Positions 1-10,923 of a stretch of 64,000 bases of DNA are shown piece by piece. How positions within the stretch are numbered: the stretch's first letter is position 1; every line of letters begins with the position of its first letter. Source of the stretch: Schmidtea nova (taxonomy: Eukaryota). Under the pieces are notes generated by a model. That model saw only the letters and a program-made list of their open reading frames with translations. It was not told where the DNA came from and did not search any database. Where the stretch lies: NCBI GenBank assembly GCA_044892505.1, contig CM097882.1, positions 58,962,001 to 59,026,000 on the forward strand, given 5' to 3'. Position numbers and translations under genes: made by a program.

Positions 1-169
1 GAAATAAAAAAAACATGATCGAATAAAATACTCTAAGAATATTAAATAAACCACAGATTTTCATATAATAAAATATTTCCAGTAAATTATTATTTTGTAA
101 TTTATTATTTTTTCTACACTTAAATTATGTTGATGTGAACAAACTAGGGAATAGTATTCCAAGTGTGGT

Positions 170-221
170 AATGATCATGATGAAATAATAATAATAAAAA
201 ATTAGTATTAATAATAATGAT
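170..221. repeat. Short (AAT)n-rich tract, once per unit
   Basis: AATGATCATGATGAAATAATAATAATAAAAAATTAGTATTAATAATAATGAT. Confidence 0.55.
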
Positions 222-601
222 AACGTCATTCTGCAGACTTGACATTCCATATTTATTCGTGGGTTTTCTCAATATTGCTCCTGGCACGTACACCAAAATC
301 TATTTTGAATCTGCGACATTTTGTGGACCTCTTAAGAAATTACAAAATGATTAAGCATAAAATATTTAACTTTAATATAAAATCGAACAGTGACATAAAG
401 TGAAAATCAAATAATAAAATAAAATACGTTAGAGATTAAAAAATATTTAAAAATAATTTTAAAATATTATTAAATATATTATTAAAATTTAATTATTTTT
501 TAATAAATTTTATTAATAAAAAACTTTAAAAGATCTTTAAAAAAGTGAAAGCTTTATGTTTTCTATTTAATTTTTATATTATATATTAAACAAACTTAAC
601 T

Positions 602-623
602 CTGGTAAGAAAAGAAGGTAAAT
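602..623 (+). promoter_or_regulatory. Candidate 5' splice donors (CTG|GTAAGA at 605; AAG|GTAAAT at 618), repeated in every unit
   Basis: Consensus-like donor motifs about 500 nt upstream of the acceptor. Such motifs also arise by chance in AT-rich DNA. Confidence 0.25.
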
Positions 624-800
624 TAATTGAAAGAAACCAAAACATATAATCAAAGAAAAATTGATAAAGATTGTTTACTAAACGATAGATTTTCATATAT
701 TAAAAGATTTGTTATAAATCTTTGCTTTGTTTTTATTAGTTTTGCATTTAACTTATGCCGCTAAGAAGAAATCACAAAATTCTAATCCAAATATGGAAAG

Positions 801-872
801 AATGATGTTGATGATAATAGTGATGAAAATATAATTATAATAATAATAACAATAAAAATAAAAAATAATAAG
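801..872. repeat. Degenerate (ATG/ATA/AAT)n low-complexity trinucleotide tract, once per unit
   Basis: AATGATGTTGATGATAATAGTGATGAAAATATAATTATAATAATAATAACAATAAAAATAAAAAATAATAAG. Confidence 0.6.
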
Positions 873-1087
873 AGTATAAACTTATTCAAATAATAAAACT
901 AATATTAATTTTAATAAATATTTATTCGTAAAAAATTAATTAAATATAATTCTAAAACATGTTAATTTATATTCTAAGTAATAGAATTTTTTTTTTATTT
1001 TTTTATGTAATTTCCACAAAGTCGTAATCTTTTGAATTAACAATATTATCTTTTTTTTTAATTTTCGAATCTTTTATTGGGTAGTAA

Positions 1088-1111
1088 TTCTTTTTTTCTT
1101 CTTATTCATAG
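1088..1111 (+). promoter_or_regulatory. Putative 3' splice acceptor (polypyrimidine tract + CATAG) 53 nt upstream of the Nup50 ATG; present in every unit
   Basis: TTCTTTTTTTTCTTCTTATTCATAG is a C/T-rich tract ending in AG at 1110-1111. It could be a 5'UTR intron acceptor or a trans-splice site; not testable without RNA. Confidence 0.45.
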
Positions 1112-1164
1112 CTATTTGATTGTTTATTTATAATTTATTTTAAAAAGCAAATTAATAATATAAA

Positions 1165-2268
1165 ATGAAACGCAACGCTACATCAGATATAAATCATACA
1201 AATTGGGATAAAGAAGAAGAAAAGGAAGAAAGAGGTGAATTTGTTACAGCAAATAAGAACATTATATCTCAACGAAAATTAATTTCAGCTAGAAGAAAAC
1301 CAACTTCAAATTCAACAAAAAATGTGTTTAAGTCATTTACTGGATTTTCCAGTACAGTCACTGAACCGTCTAAAAATACGTTTGGCACTATTCCTGACTC
1401 TAGCAACAGGGATAAAAACAAAGAAAAGCACATAAATTCACTGAAATTATTGAATAAAAAATTTCTTGAATGCATTCAAAAGCATATTAGTGAAAATCCA
1501 TTATGCGTCCTTACTCCTACACTGGAGGATTACAATAAAAACGTTGATATTATAAAAGAAAAATATCCTTTATCAACCATGTCATCAAATGTTACTGAAA
1601 CTGTATCAACATCATCGAGTACAAAACCAATTTTCAGTTTTCTAAAAGATGAAATTGAAACAGCTAATAAATTCGACTTTGGATTGAAAAATGTCGATGT
1701 TTCTAAACCATTCACTTTACCAACACAGTCTTCAACGGATAAAGTACCACATTTTGGATTACCTTCTACTTCGTCTGTAGATGTTAAAATCGCTTCGGTC
1801 GGATTTTCGAATAGTTCAAATAGTCTTTTCAGTTTTCCCGCTACTACAACATTGACACTTTTTGCGCCCAGCGCAGCACCTAAATGTAATGATGAAGAAG
1901 AAGAATATGTTCCTCCTGTCGCTGAAGTGCGCGAAGTTAAGGAAAAAGATTCGATTTATGAAGTTCGTTGTAAACTATTTTATCAAGTAGAGAGCAAATG
2001 GAAAAATCGTGGTGTTGGAAATTTGTTCATTAAACCTATAGAAAAAGGAAAGTTTCAACTTGTTCTTCGAGCTGATAATAGTCTTGCTACAATCATTTTA
2101 AATGTACTCATTAATGATAAGATGCCTCTAAGCGTAACAAAAAATAATCTTTCTTTTGTTGCCATGACAGACTTTTGCAAAGAAATAAAGTTGACTCCGT
2201 TGCTCATTCGTGTCAAAACTTCAGAAGAAGCAGAAGCTTTATTGGCAGCAATGAAACAACAGTTTTAG
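1165..2268 (+). CDS. Nup50: Nucleoporin Nup50-like protein, copy 1 (consensus protein, 367 aa)
   Basis: The N-terminus MKRNATSDINHTNWDKEEEKEERGEF...RKLISARRK matches the Nup50/Nup2 importin-alpha-binding region (human MAKRNAEKELTDRNWDQEDEAEEVGTF...KKAKRR, from memory). The central LNKKFLECIQKHISENPLCVLTPTLEDY matches the Nup50 NPLCDLTP motif. The C-terminal EVKEKDSIYEVRCKLFY..WKNRGVGNLFIK..QLVLRADNSLATIILNVLI..LLIRVKTSEEA is a Nup50-type RanBD/PH-like domain. Confidence 0.95.
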   Translation: MKRNATSDINHTNWDKEEEKEERGEFVTANKNIISQRKLISARRKPTSNSTKNVFKSFTGFSSTVTEPSKNTFGTIPDSSNRDKNKEKHINSLKLLNKKFLECIQKHISENPLCVLTPTLEDYNKNVDIIKEKYPLSTMSSNVTETVSTSSSTKPIFSFLKDEIETANKFDFGLKNVDVSKPFTLPTQSSTDKVPHFGLPSTSSVDVKIASVGFSNSSNSLFSFPATTTLTLFAPSAAPKCNDEEEEYVPPVAEVREVKEKDSIYEVRCKLFYQVESKWKNRGVGNLFIKPIEKGKFQLVLRADNSLATIILNVLINDKMPLSVTKNNLSFVAMTDFCKEIKLTPLLIRVKTSEEAEALLAAMKQQF

Positions 2269-2422
2269 ATTTTAAATATTATTATTTTTAAAATTTTTTT
2301 ATTTTTATTTTTAATTTTAAACTTTTAATTAATTTTATGTACAATCATCTATTAATTTTATAATTTGAAGTTTACTTCGTTTTGTTGTTTTATATTTTTT
2401 TTTATTACAAATAATTAATTAT

Positions 2423-2428
2423 AATAAA
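2423..2428 (+). terminator. Candidate polyadenylation signal AATAAA ~155 nt after the stop codon (repeated per unit)
   Basis: First AATAAA downstream of a T-rich 3'UTR-like stretch. The hexamer is common in this composition. Confidence 0.3.
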
Positions 2429-4416
2429 TTAATCAAAATACATGATATTATATGATCCTGATTATATCAAATTTATTCTTTAAAAATTTCTTTAATAATA
2501 TTTTTTAAAAACAGATTAGTTATTAATTTATCCAAGTTCTAAATTCAGTTTTTTAGATCAAGATCCAAATATAATTTGGAACATGCACATTTGCATCACT
2601 ATTGATTGTATTGATGTTAGAGTGTTTTGGAAAGCTATTTTCTGTTCATATTGGAATTATAATTTGCATATTAAACTTTGATAGATTATGTTTCCGTATT
2701 GTCAAAATTTAACAAGTCTTTTCTAGTCCAACAATTTCCTATAATCACATTTTGTTATTCACAACCAAATTTTTTGAAATATATTTTAATTACATTATTG
2801 TTTAGGCAAAGACGTAGGGCGACGAAAGCATGACTTGAACTATTTATCAGACGAGACGTCACTTGCATGATTTAATTATTTTATTTTAATGGCAATTCTT
2901 GTTCAGCAAGTAAAATGCCCCATCATTAGTTTTATTATAGTTTTTTAAATTTAAGAGAGAAACCTAAGAAATTTAAGGTATTATTTGACAAAAAAAGAAA
3001 AATGTAAGTTAAAGCGAGGAAATCAATTTAAAGTTAAAAGTATTAAAGTAAGATAATGACAAACATGAGAATTTAGTATTATAATTTTAAAATATTTTAG
3101 TATAATTTTTTAAATAATTTTAAATAAAAGTAATTTCTTCAATTTTTAAATAACTTTAAAAAGTTTTGGTTTTAAGTTTCTTATTTTATTTTTATTTTTT
3201 AGATATTACATAAAAAAAAATTAGGCCAAATAAGAAAAGATGATAATTTGATTGAAAGAAAAAAAACATGATCGAATAAAATACTCTAAGAATATTAAAT
3301 AAACCACAGATTTTCATATAATAAAATATTTCCAGTAAATTATTATTTTGTAATTTATTATTGTTTCTACACTTAAATTATGTTGATGTGAACAAACTAG
3401 GGAATAGTATTCCAAGTGTGGTAATGATCATGATGAAATAATAATAATAAAAAATTAGTATTAATAATAATGATAACGTCATTCTGCAGACTTGACATTC
3501 CATATTTATTCGTGGGTTTTCTCAATATTGCTCCTGGCACGTACACCAAAATCTATTTTGAATCTGCGACATTTTGTGGACCTCTTAAGAAATTACAAAA
3601 TGATAAAGCATAAAATATTTAACTTTAATATAAAATCGTACAGTGACATAAAGTGAAAATCAAATAATAAAATAAAATACGTTAGAGATTAAAAAATATT
3701 TAAAAATAATTTTAAAATATTATTAAATATATTATTAAAATTTAATTATTTTTTAATAAATTTTATTATTAAAAACTTTAAAAGATCTTTAAAAAAGTGA
3801 AAGCTTTATGTTTTCTATTTAATTTTTATATTATATATTAAACAAACTTAACTCTGGTAAGAAAAGAAGGTAAATTAATTGAAAGAAACAAAAACATATA
3901 ATCAAAGAAAAATTGATAAAGATTGTTTACTAAACGATAGATTTTCATATATTAAAAGATTTGTTATAAATCTTTGCTTTGTTTTTATTAGTTTTGCATT
4001 TAACTTATGCCGCTAAGAAGAAATCACAAAATTCTAATCCAAATATGGAAAGAATGATGTTGATGATAATAGTGATGAAAATATAATTATAATAATAATA
4101 ACAATAAAAATAAAAAATAATAAGAGTATAAACTTATTCAAATAATAAAACTAATATTAATTTTAATAAATATTTATTCGTAAAAAATTAATTAAATATA
4201 ATTCTAAAACATGTTAATTTATATTCTAAGTAATAGAATTTTTTTTTTATTTTTTTATGTAATTTCCACAAAGTCGTAATCTTTTGAATTAACAATATTA
4301 TCTTTTTTTTTAATTTTCGAATCTTTTATTGGGTAGTAATTCTTTTTTTCTTCTTATTCATAGCTATTTGATTGTTTATTTATAATTTATTTTAAAAAGC
4401 AAATTAATAATATAAA

Positions 4417-5520
4417 ATGAAACGCAACGCTACATCAGATATAAATCATACAAATTGGGATAAAGAAGAAGAAAAGGAAGAAAGAGGTGAATTTGTTACA
4501 GCAAATAAGAACATTATATCTCAACGAAAATTAATTTCAGCTAGAAGAAAACCAACTTCAAATTCAACAAAAAATGTGTTTAAGTCATTTACTGGATTTT
4601 CCAGTACAGTCACTGAACCGTCTAAAAATACGTTTGGCACTATTCCTGACTCTAGCAACAGGGATAAAAACAAAGAAAAGCACATAAATTCACTGAAATT
4701 ATTGAATAAAAAATTTCTTGAATGCATTCAAAAGCATATTAGTGAAAATCCATTATGCGTCCTTACTCCTACACTGGAGGATTACAATAAAAACGTTGAT
4801 ATTATAAAAGAAAAATATCCTTTATCAACCATGTCATCAAATGTTACTGAAACTGTATCAACATCATCGAGTACAAAACCAATTTTCAGTTTTCTAAAAG
4901 ATGAAATTGAAACAGCTAATAAATTCGACTTTGGATTGAAAAATGTCGATGTTTCTAAACCATTCACTTTACCAACACAGTCTTCAACGGATAAAGTACC
5001 ACATTTTGGATTACCTTCTACTTCGTCTGTAGATGTTAAAATCGCTTCGGTCGGATTTTCGAATAGTTCAAATAGTCTTTTCAGTTTTCCCGCTACTACA
5101 ACATTGACACTTTTTGCGCCCAGCGCAGCACCTAAATGTAATGATGAAGAAGAAGAATATGTTCCGCCTGTCGCTGAAGTGCGCGAAGTTAAGGAAAAAG
5201 ATTCGATTTATGAAGTTCGTTGTAAACTATTTTATCAAGTAGAGAGCAAATGGAAAAATCGTGGTGTTGGAAATTTGTTCATTAAACCTATAGAAAAAGG
5301 AAAGTTTCAACTTGTTCTTCGAGCTGATAATAGTCTTGCTACAATCATTTTAAATGTACTCATTAATGATAAGATGCCTCTAAGCGTAACAAAAAATAAT
5401 CTTTCTTTTGTTGCCATGACAGACTTTTGCAAAGAAATAAAGTTGACTCCGTTGCTCATTCGTGTCAAAACTTCAGAAGAAGCAGAAGCTTTATTGGCAG
5501 CAATGAAACAACAGTTTTAG
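4417..5520 (+). CDS. Nup50: Nup50-like protein, copy 2 (consensus protein; synonymous P250 cct>ccg)
   Basis: Intact 367-aa ORF; protein identical to copy 1. Confidence 0.95.
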   Translation: MKRNATSDINHTNWDKEEEKEERGEFVTANKNIISQRKLISARRKPTSNSTKNVFKSFTGFSSTVTEPSKNTFGTIPDSSNRDKNKEKHINSLKLLNKKFLECIQKHISENPLCVLTPTLEDYNKNVDIIKEKYPLSTMSSNVTETVSTSSSTKPIFSFLKDEIETANKFDFGLKNVDVSKPFTLPTQSSTDKVPHFGLPSTSSVDVKIASVGFSNSSNSLFSFPATTTLTLFAPSAAPKCNDEEEEYVPPVAEVREVKEKDSIYEVRCKLFYQVESKWKNRGVGNLFIKPIEKGKFQLVLRADNSLATIILNVLINDKMPLSVTKNNLSFVAMTDFCKEIKLTPLLIRVKTSEEAEALLAAMKQQF

Positions 5521-7669
5521 ATTTTAAATATTATTATTTTTAAAATTTTTTTATTTTTATTTTTAATTTTAAACTTTTAATTAATTTTATGTACAATCAT
5601 CTATTAATTTTATAATTTGAAGTTTACTTCGTTTTGTTGTTTTATATTTTTTTTTATTACAAATAATTAATTATAATAAATTAATCAAAATACATGATAT
5701 TATATGATCCTGATTATATCAAATTTATTCTTTAAAAATTTCTTTAATAATATTTTTTAAAAACAGATTAGTTATTAATTTATCCAAGTTCTAAATTCAG
5801 TTTTTTAGATCAAGATCCAAATATAATTTGGAACATGCACATTTGCATCACTATTGATTGTATTGATGTTAGAGTGTTTTGGAAAGCTATTTTCTGTTCA
5901 TATTGGAATTATAATTTGCATATTAAACTTTGATAGATTATGTTTCCGTATTGTCAAAATTTAACAAGTCTTTTCTAGTCCAACAATTTCCTATAATCAC
6001 ATTTTGTTATTCACAACCAAATTTTTTGAAATATATTTTAATTACATTATTGTTTAGGCAAAGACGTAGGGCGACGAAAGCATGACTTGAACTATTTATC
6101 AGACGAGACGTCACTTGCATGATTTAATTATTTTATTTTAATGGCAATTCTTGTTCAGCAAGTAAAATGCCCCATCATTAGTTTTATTATAGTTTTTTAA
6201 ATTTAAGAGAGAAACCTAAGAAATTTAAGGTATTATTTGACAAAAAAAGAAAAATGTAAGTTAAAGCGAGGAAATCAATTTAAAGTTAAAAGTATTAAAG
6301 TAAGATAATGACAAACATGAGAATTTAGTATTATAATTTTAAAATATTTTAGTATAATTTTTTAAATAATTTTAAATAAAAGTAATTTCTTCAATTTTTA
6401 AATAACTTTAAAAAGTTTTGGTTTTAAGTTTCTTATTTTATTTTTATTTTTTAGATATTACATAAAAAAAAATTAGGCCAAAGAAGAAAAGATGATAATT
6501 TGATTGAAAGAAAAAAAACATGATCGAATAAAATACTCTAAGAATATTAAATAAACCACAGATTTTCATATAATAAAATATTTCCAGTAAATTATTATTT
6601 TGTAATTTATTATTGTTTCTACACTTAAATTATGTTGATGTGAACAAACTAGGGAATAGTATTCCAAGTGTGGTAATGATCATGATGAAATAATAATAAT
6701 AAAAAATTAGTATTAATAATAATGATAACGTCATTCTGCAGACTTGACATTCCATATTTATTCGTGGGTTTTCTCAATATTGCTCCTGGCACGTACACCA
6801 AAATCTATTTTGAATCTGCGACATTTTGTGGACCTCTTAAGAAATTACAAAATGATTAAGCATAAAATATTTAACTTTAATATAAAATCGAACAGTGACA
6901 TAAAGTGAAAATCAAATAATAAAATAAAATACGTTAGAGATTAAAAAATATTTAAAATTAATTTTAAAATATTATTAAATATATTATTAAAATTTAATTA
7001 TTTTTTAATAAATTTTATTAATAAAAAACTTTAAAAGATCTTTAAAAAATTGAAAGCTTTATGTTTTCTATTTAATTTTTATATTATATATTAAACAAAC
7101 TTAACTCTGGTAAGAAAAGAAGGTAAATTAATTGAAAGAAACCAAAACATATAATCAAAGAAAAATTGATAAAGATTGTTTACTAAACGATAGATTTCAT
7201 ATATTAAAAGATTTGTTATAAATCTTTGCTTTGTTTTTATTAGTTTTGCATTTAACTTATGCCGCTAAGAAGAAATCACGAAATTCTAATCCAAATATGG
7301 AAAGAATGATGTTGATGATAATAGTGATGAAAATAATAATTATAATAATAATAACAATAAAAATAAAAAATAATAAGAGTATAAACTTATTCAAATAATA
7401 AAACTAATATTAATTTTAATAAATATTTATTCGTAAAAAATTAATTAAATATAATTCTAAAACATGTTAATTTATATTCTAAGTAATAGAATTTTTTTTT
7501 TATTTTTTTTATGTTTTTCCACAAAGTCGTAATCTTTTGAATTAACAATATTATCTTTTTTTTTAATTTTCGAATCTTTTATTGGGTAGTAATTCTTTTT
7601 TTCTTCTTATTCATAGCTATTTGATTGTTTATTTATAATTTATTTTAAAAAGCAAATTAATAATATAAA

Positions 7670-8773
7670 ATGAAACGCAACGCTACATCAGATATAAATC
7701 ATACAAATTGGGATAAAGAAGAAGAAAAGGAAGAAAGAGGTGAATTTGTTACAGCAAATAAGAACATTATATCTCAACGAAAATTAATTTCAGCTAGAAG
7801 AAAACCAACTTCAAATTCAACAAAAAATGTGTTTAAGTCATTTACTGGATTTTCCAGTACAGTCACTGAACCGTCTAAAAATACGTTTGGCACTATTCCT
7901 GACTCTAGCAACAGGGATAAAAACAAAGAAAAGCACATAAATTCACTGAAATTATTGAATAAAAAATTTCTTGAATGCATTCAAAAGCATATTAGTGAAA
8001 ATCCATTATGCGTCCTTACTCCTACACTGGAGGATTACAATAAAAACGTTGATATTATAAAAGAAAAATATCCTTTATCAACCATGTCATCAAATGTTAC
8101 TGAAACTGTATCAACATCATCGAGTACAAAACCAATTTTCAGTTTTCTAAAAGATGAAATTGAAACAGCTAATAAATTCGACTTTGGATTGAAAAATGTC
8201 GATGTTTCTAAACCATTCACTTTACTAACACAGTCTTCAACGGATAAAGTACCACATTTTGGATTACCTTCTACTTCGTCTGTAGATGTTAAAATCGCTT
8301 CGGTCGGATTTTCGAATAGTTCAAATAGTCTTTTCAGTTTTCCCGCTACTACAACATTGACACTTTTTGCGCCCAGCGCAGCACCTAAATGTAATGATGA
8401 AGAAGAAGAATATGTTCCTCCTGTCGCTGAAGTGCGCGAAGTTAAGGAAAAAGATTCGATTTATGAAGTTCGTTGTAAACTATTTTATCAAGTAGAGAGC
8501 AAATGGAAAAATCGTGGTGTTGGAAATTTGTTCATTAAACCTATAGAAAAAGGAAAGTTTCAACTTGTTCTTCGAGCTGATAATAGTCTTGCTACAATCA
8601 TTTTAAATGTACTCATTAATGATAAGATGCCTCTAAGCGTAACAAAAAATAATCTTTCTTTTGTTGCCATGACAGACTTTTGCAAAGAAATAAAGTTGAC
8701 TCCGTTGCTCATTCGTGTCAAAAGTTCAGAAGAAGCAGAAGCTTTATTGGCAGCAATGAAACAACAGTTTTAG
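7670..8773 (+). CDS. Nup50: Nup50-like protein, copy 3 (P186L, T352S)
   Basis: Intact 367-aa ORF; variants read from the translation. Confidence 0.95.
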   Translation: MKRNATSDINHTNWDKEEEKEERGEFVTANKNIISQRKLISARRKPTSNSTKNVFKSFTGFSSTVTEPSKNTFGTIPDSSNRDKNKEKHINSLKLLNKKFLECIQKHISENPLCVLTPTLEDYNKNVDIIKEKYPLSTMSSNVTETVSTSSSTKPIFSFLKDEIETANKFDFGLKNVDVSKPFTLLTQSSTDKVPHFGLPSTSSVDVKIASVGFSNSSNSLFSFPATTTLTLFAPSAAPKCNDEEEEYVPPVAEVREVKEKDSIYEVRCKLFYQVESKWKNRGVGNLFIKPIEKGKFQLVLRADNSLATIILNVLINDKMPLSVTKNNLSFVAMTDFCKEIKLTPLLIRVKSSEEAEALLAAMKQQF

Positions 8774-10923
8774 ATTTTAAATATTATTATTTTTAAAAGT
8801 TTTTTATTTTTATTTTTAATTTTAAACTTTTAATTAATTTTATGTACAATCATCTATTAATTTTATAATTTGAAGTTTAGTTCGTTTTGTTGTTTTATAT
8901 TTTTTTTTATTACAAATAATTAATTATAATAAATTAATCAAAATACATGATATTATATGATCCTGATTATATCAAATTTATTCTTTAAAAATTTCTTTAA
9001 TAATATTTTTTAAAAACAGATTAGTTATTAATTTATCCAAGTTCTAAATTCAGTTTTTTAGATCAAGATCCAAATATAATTTGGAACATGCACATTTGCA
9101 TCACTATTGATTGTATTGATGTTAGAGTGTTTTGGAAAGCTATTTTCTGTTCATATTGGAATTATAATTTGCATATTAAACTTTGATAGATTATGTTTGC
9201 GTATTGTCAAAATTTAACAAGTCTTTTCTAGTCCAACAATTTCCTATAATCACATTTTGTTATTCACAACCAAATTTTTTGAAATATATTTTAATTACAT
9301 TATTGTTTAGGCAAAGACGTAGGGCGACGAAAGCATGACTTGAACTATTTATCAGACGAGACGTCACTTGCATGATTTAATTATTTTATTTTAATGGCAA
9401 TTCTTGTTCAGCAAGCAAAATGCCCCATCATTAGTTTTATTATAGTTTTTTAAATTTAAGAGAGAAACCTAAGAAATTTAAGGTATTATTTGACAAAAAA
9501 AGAAAAATGTAAGTTAAAGCGAGGAAATCAATTTAAAGTTAAAAGTATTAAAGTAAGATAATGACAAACATGAGAATTTAGTATTATAATTTTAAAATAT
9601 TTTAGTATAATTTTTTAAATAATTTTAAATAAAAGTAATTTCTTCAATTTTTAAATAACTTTAAAAAGTTTTGGTTTTAAGTTTCTTATTTTATTTTTAT
9701 TTTTTAGATATTACATAAAAAAAAATTAGGCCAAATAAGAAAAGATGATAATTTGATTGAAAGAAAAAAAACATGATCGAATAAAATACTCTAAGAATAT
9801 TAAATAAACCACAGATTTTCATATAATAAAATATTTCCAGTAAATTATTATTTTGTAATTTATTATTGTTTCTACACTTAAATTATGTTGATGTGAACAA
9901 ACTAGGGAATAGTATTCCAAGTGTGGTAATGATCATGATGAAATAATAATAATAAAAAATTAGTATTAATAATAATGATAACGTCATTCTGCAGACTTGA
10001 CATTCCATATTTATTCGTGGGTTTTCTCAATATTGCTCCTGGCACGTACACCAAAATCTATTTTGAATCTGCGACATTTTGTGGACCTCTTAAGAAATTA
10101 CAAAATGATTAAGCATAAAATATTTAACTTTAATATAAAATCGAACAGTGACATAAAGTGAAAATCAAATAATAAAATAAAATACGTTAGAGATTAAAAA
10201 ATATTTAAAAATAATTTTAAAATATTATTAAATATATTATTAAAATTTAATTATTTTTTAATAAATTTTATTAATAAAAAACTTTAAAAGATCTTTAAAA
10301 AATTGAAAGCTTTATGTTTTCTATTTAATTTTTATATTATATATTAAACAAACTTAACTCTGGTAAGAAAAGAAGGTAAATTAATTGAAAGAAACCAAAA
10401 CATATAATCAAAGAAAAATTGATAAAGATTGTTTACTAAACGATAGATTTTCATATATTAAAAGATTTGTTATAAATCTTTGCTTTGTTTTTATTAGTTT
10501 TGCATTTAACTTATGCCGCTAAGAAGAAATCACAAAATTCTAATCCAAATATGGAAAGAATGATGTTGATGATAATAGTGATGAAAATATAATTATAATA
10601 ATAATAACAATAAAAATAAAAAATAATAAGAGTATAAACTTATTCAAATAATAAAACTAATATTAATTTTAATAAATATTTATTCGTAAAAAATTAATTA
10701 AATATAATTCTAAAACATGTTAATTTATATTCTAAGTAAAAGAATTTTTTTTTTATTTTTTTTATGTAATTTCCACAAAGTCGTAATCTTTTGAATTAAC
10801 AATATTATCTTTTTTTTTAATTTTCGAATCTTTTATTGGGTAGTAATTCTTTTTTTCTTCTTATTCATAGCTATTTGATTGTTTATTTATAATTTATTTT
10901 AAAAAGCAAATTAATAATATAAA

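Noticed and set aside
400-545. Apparent inverted-repeat similarity between this A/T tract and the tract at about 3070-3215 (MITE-like ends)
   Set aside because: Only low-complexity A/T matches; no defined terminal inverted repeats or target-site duplication.
1269-1475. 68-aa minus-strand ORF (MHSRNFLFNN...) repeated in almost every unit
   Set aside because: Lies wholly antisense to the Nup50 CDS with no recognisable motif. It drops off the track in copy 12, where a silent Nup50 change removes its ATG. Shadow ORF.
1530-1715. 61-aa minus-strand ORF (MNGLETSTFF...) in every unit
   Set aside because: Antisense shadow of the Nup50 CDS; its conservation is explained by array homogeneity.
2524-2540. 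TTAATTTATCCAAGTT resembles part of the nematode SL1 leader (GGTTTAATTACCCAAGTTTGAG)
   Set aside because: Partial AT-rich match, with no following splice donor or Sm site.
2723-2728. CTAG|TC, resembling a head-to-tail Helitron junction that could explain a gene-capturing tandem array
   Set aside because: There is no GC-rich subterminal hairpin upstream and no Rep/helicase remnant. A single such hexamer is plausible by chance in a 3.25-kb unit. Only the true array ends could revive the idea.
2811-2862. Hammerhead-ribozyme-like words (CGAAA ... CAGACGAG; CTGATAA on the minus strand), as found in some satellites
   Set aside because: The core deviates from CUGANGA, and I could not build stems I-III in any permutation on either strand.
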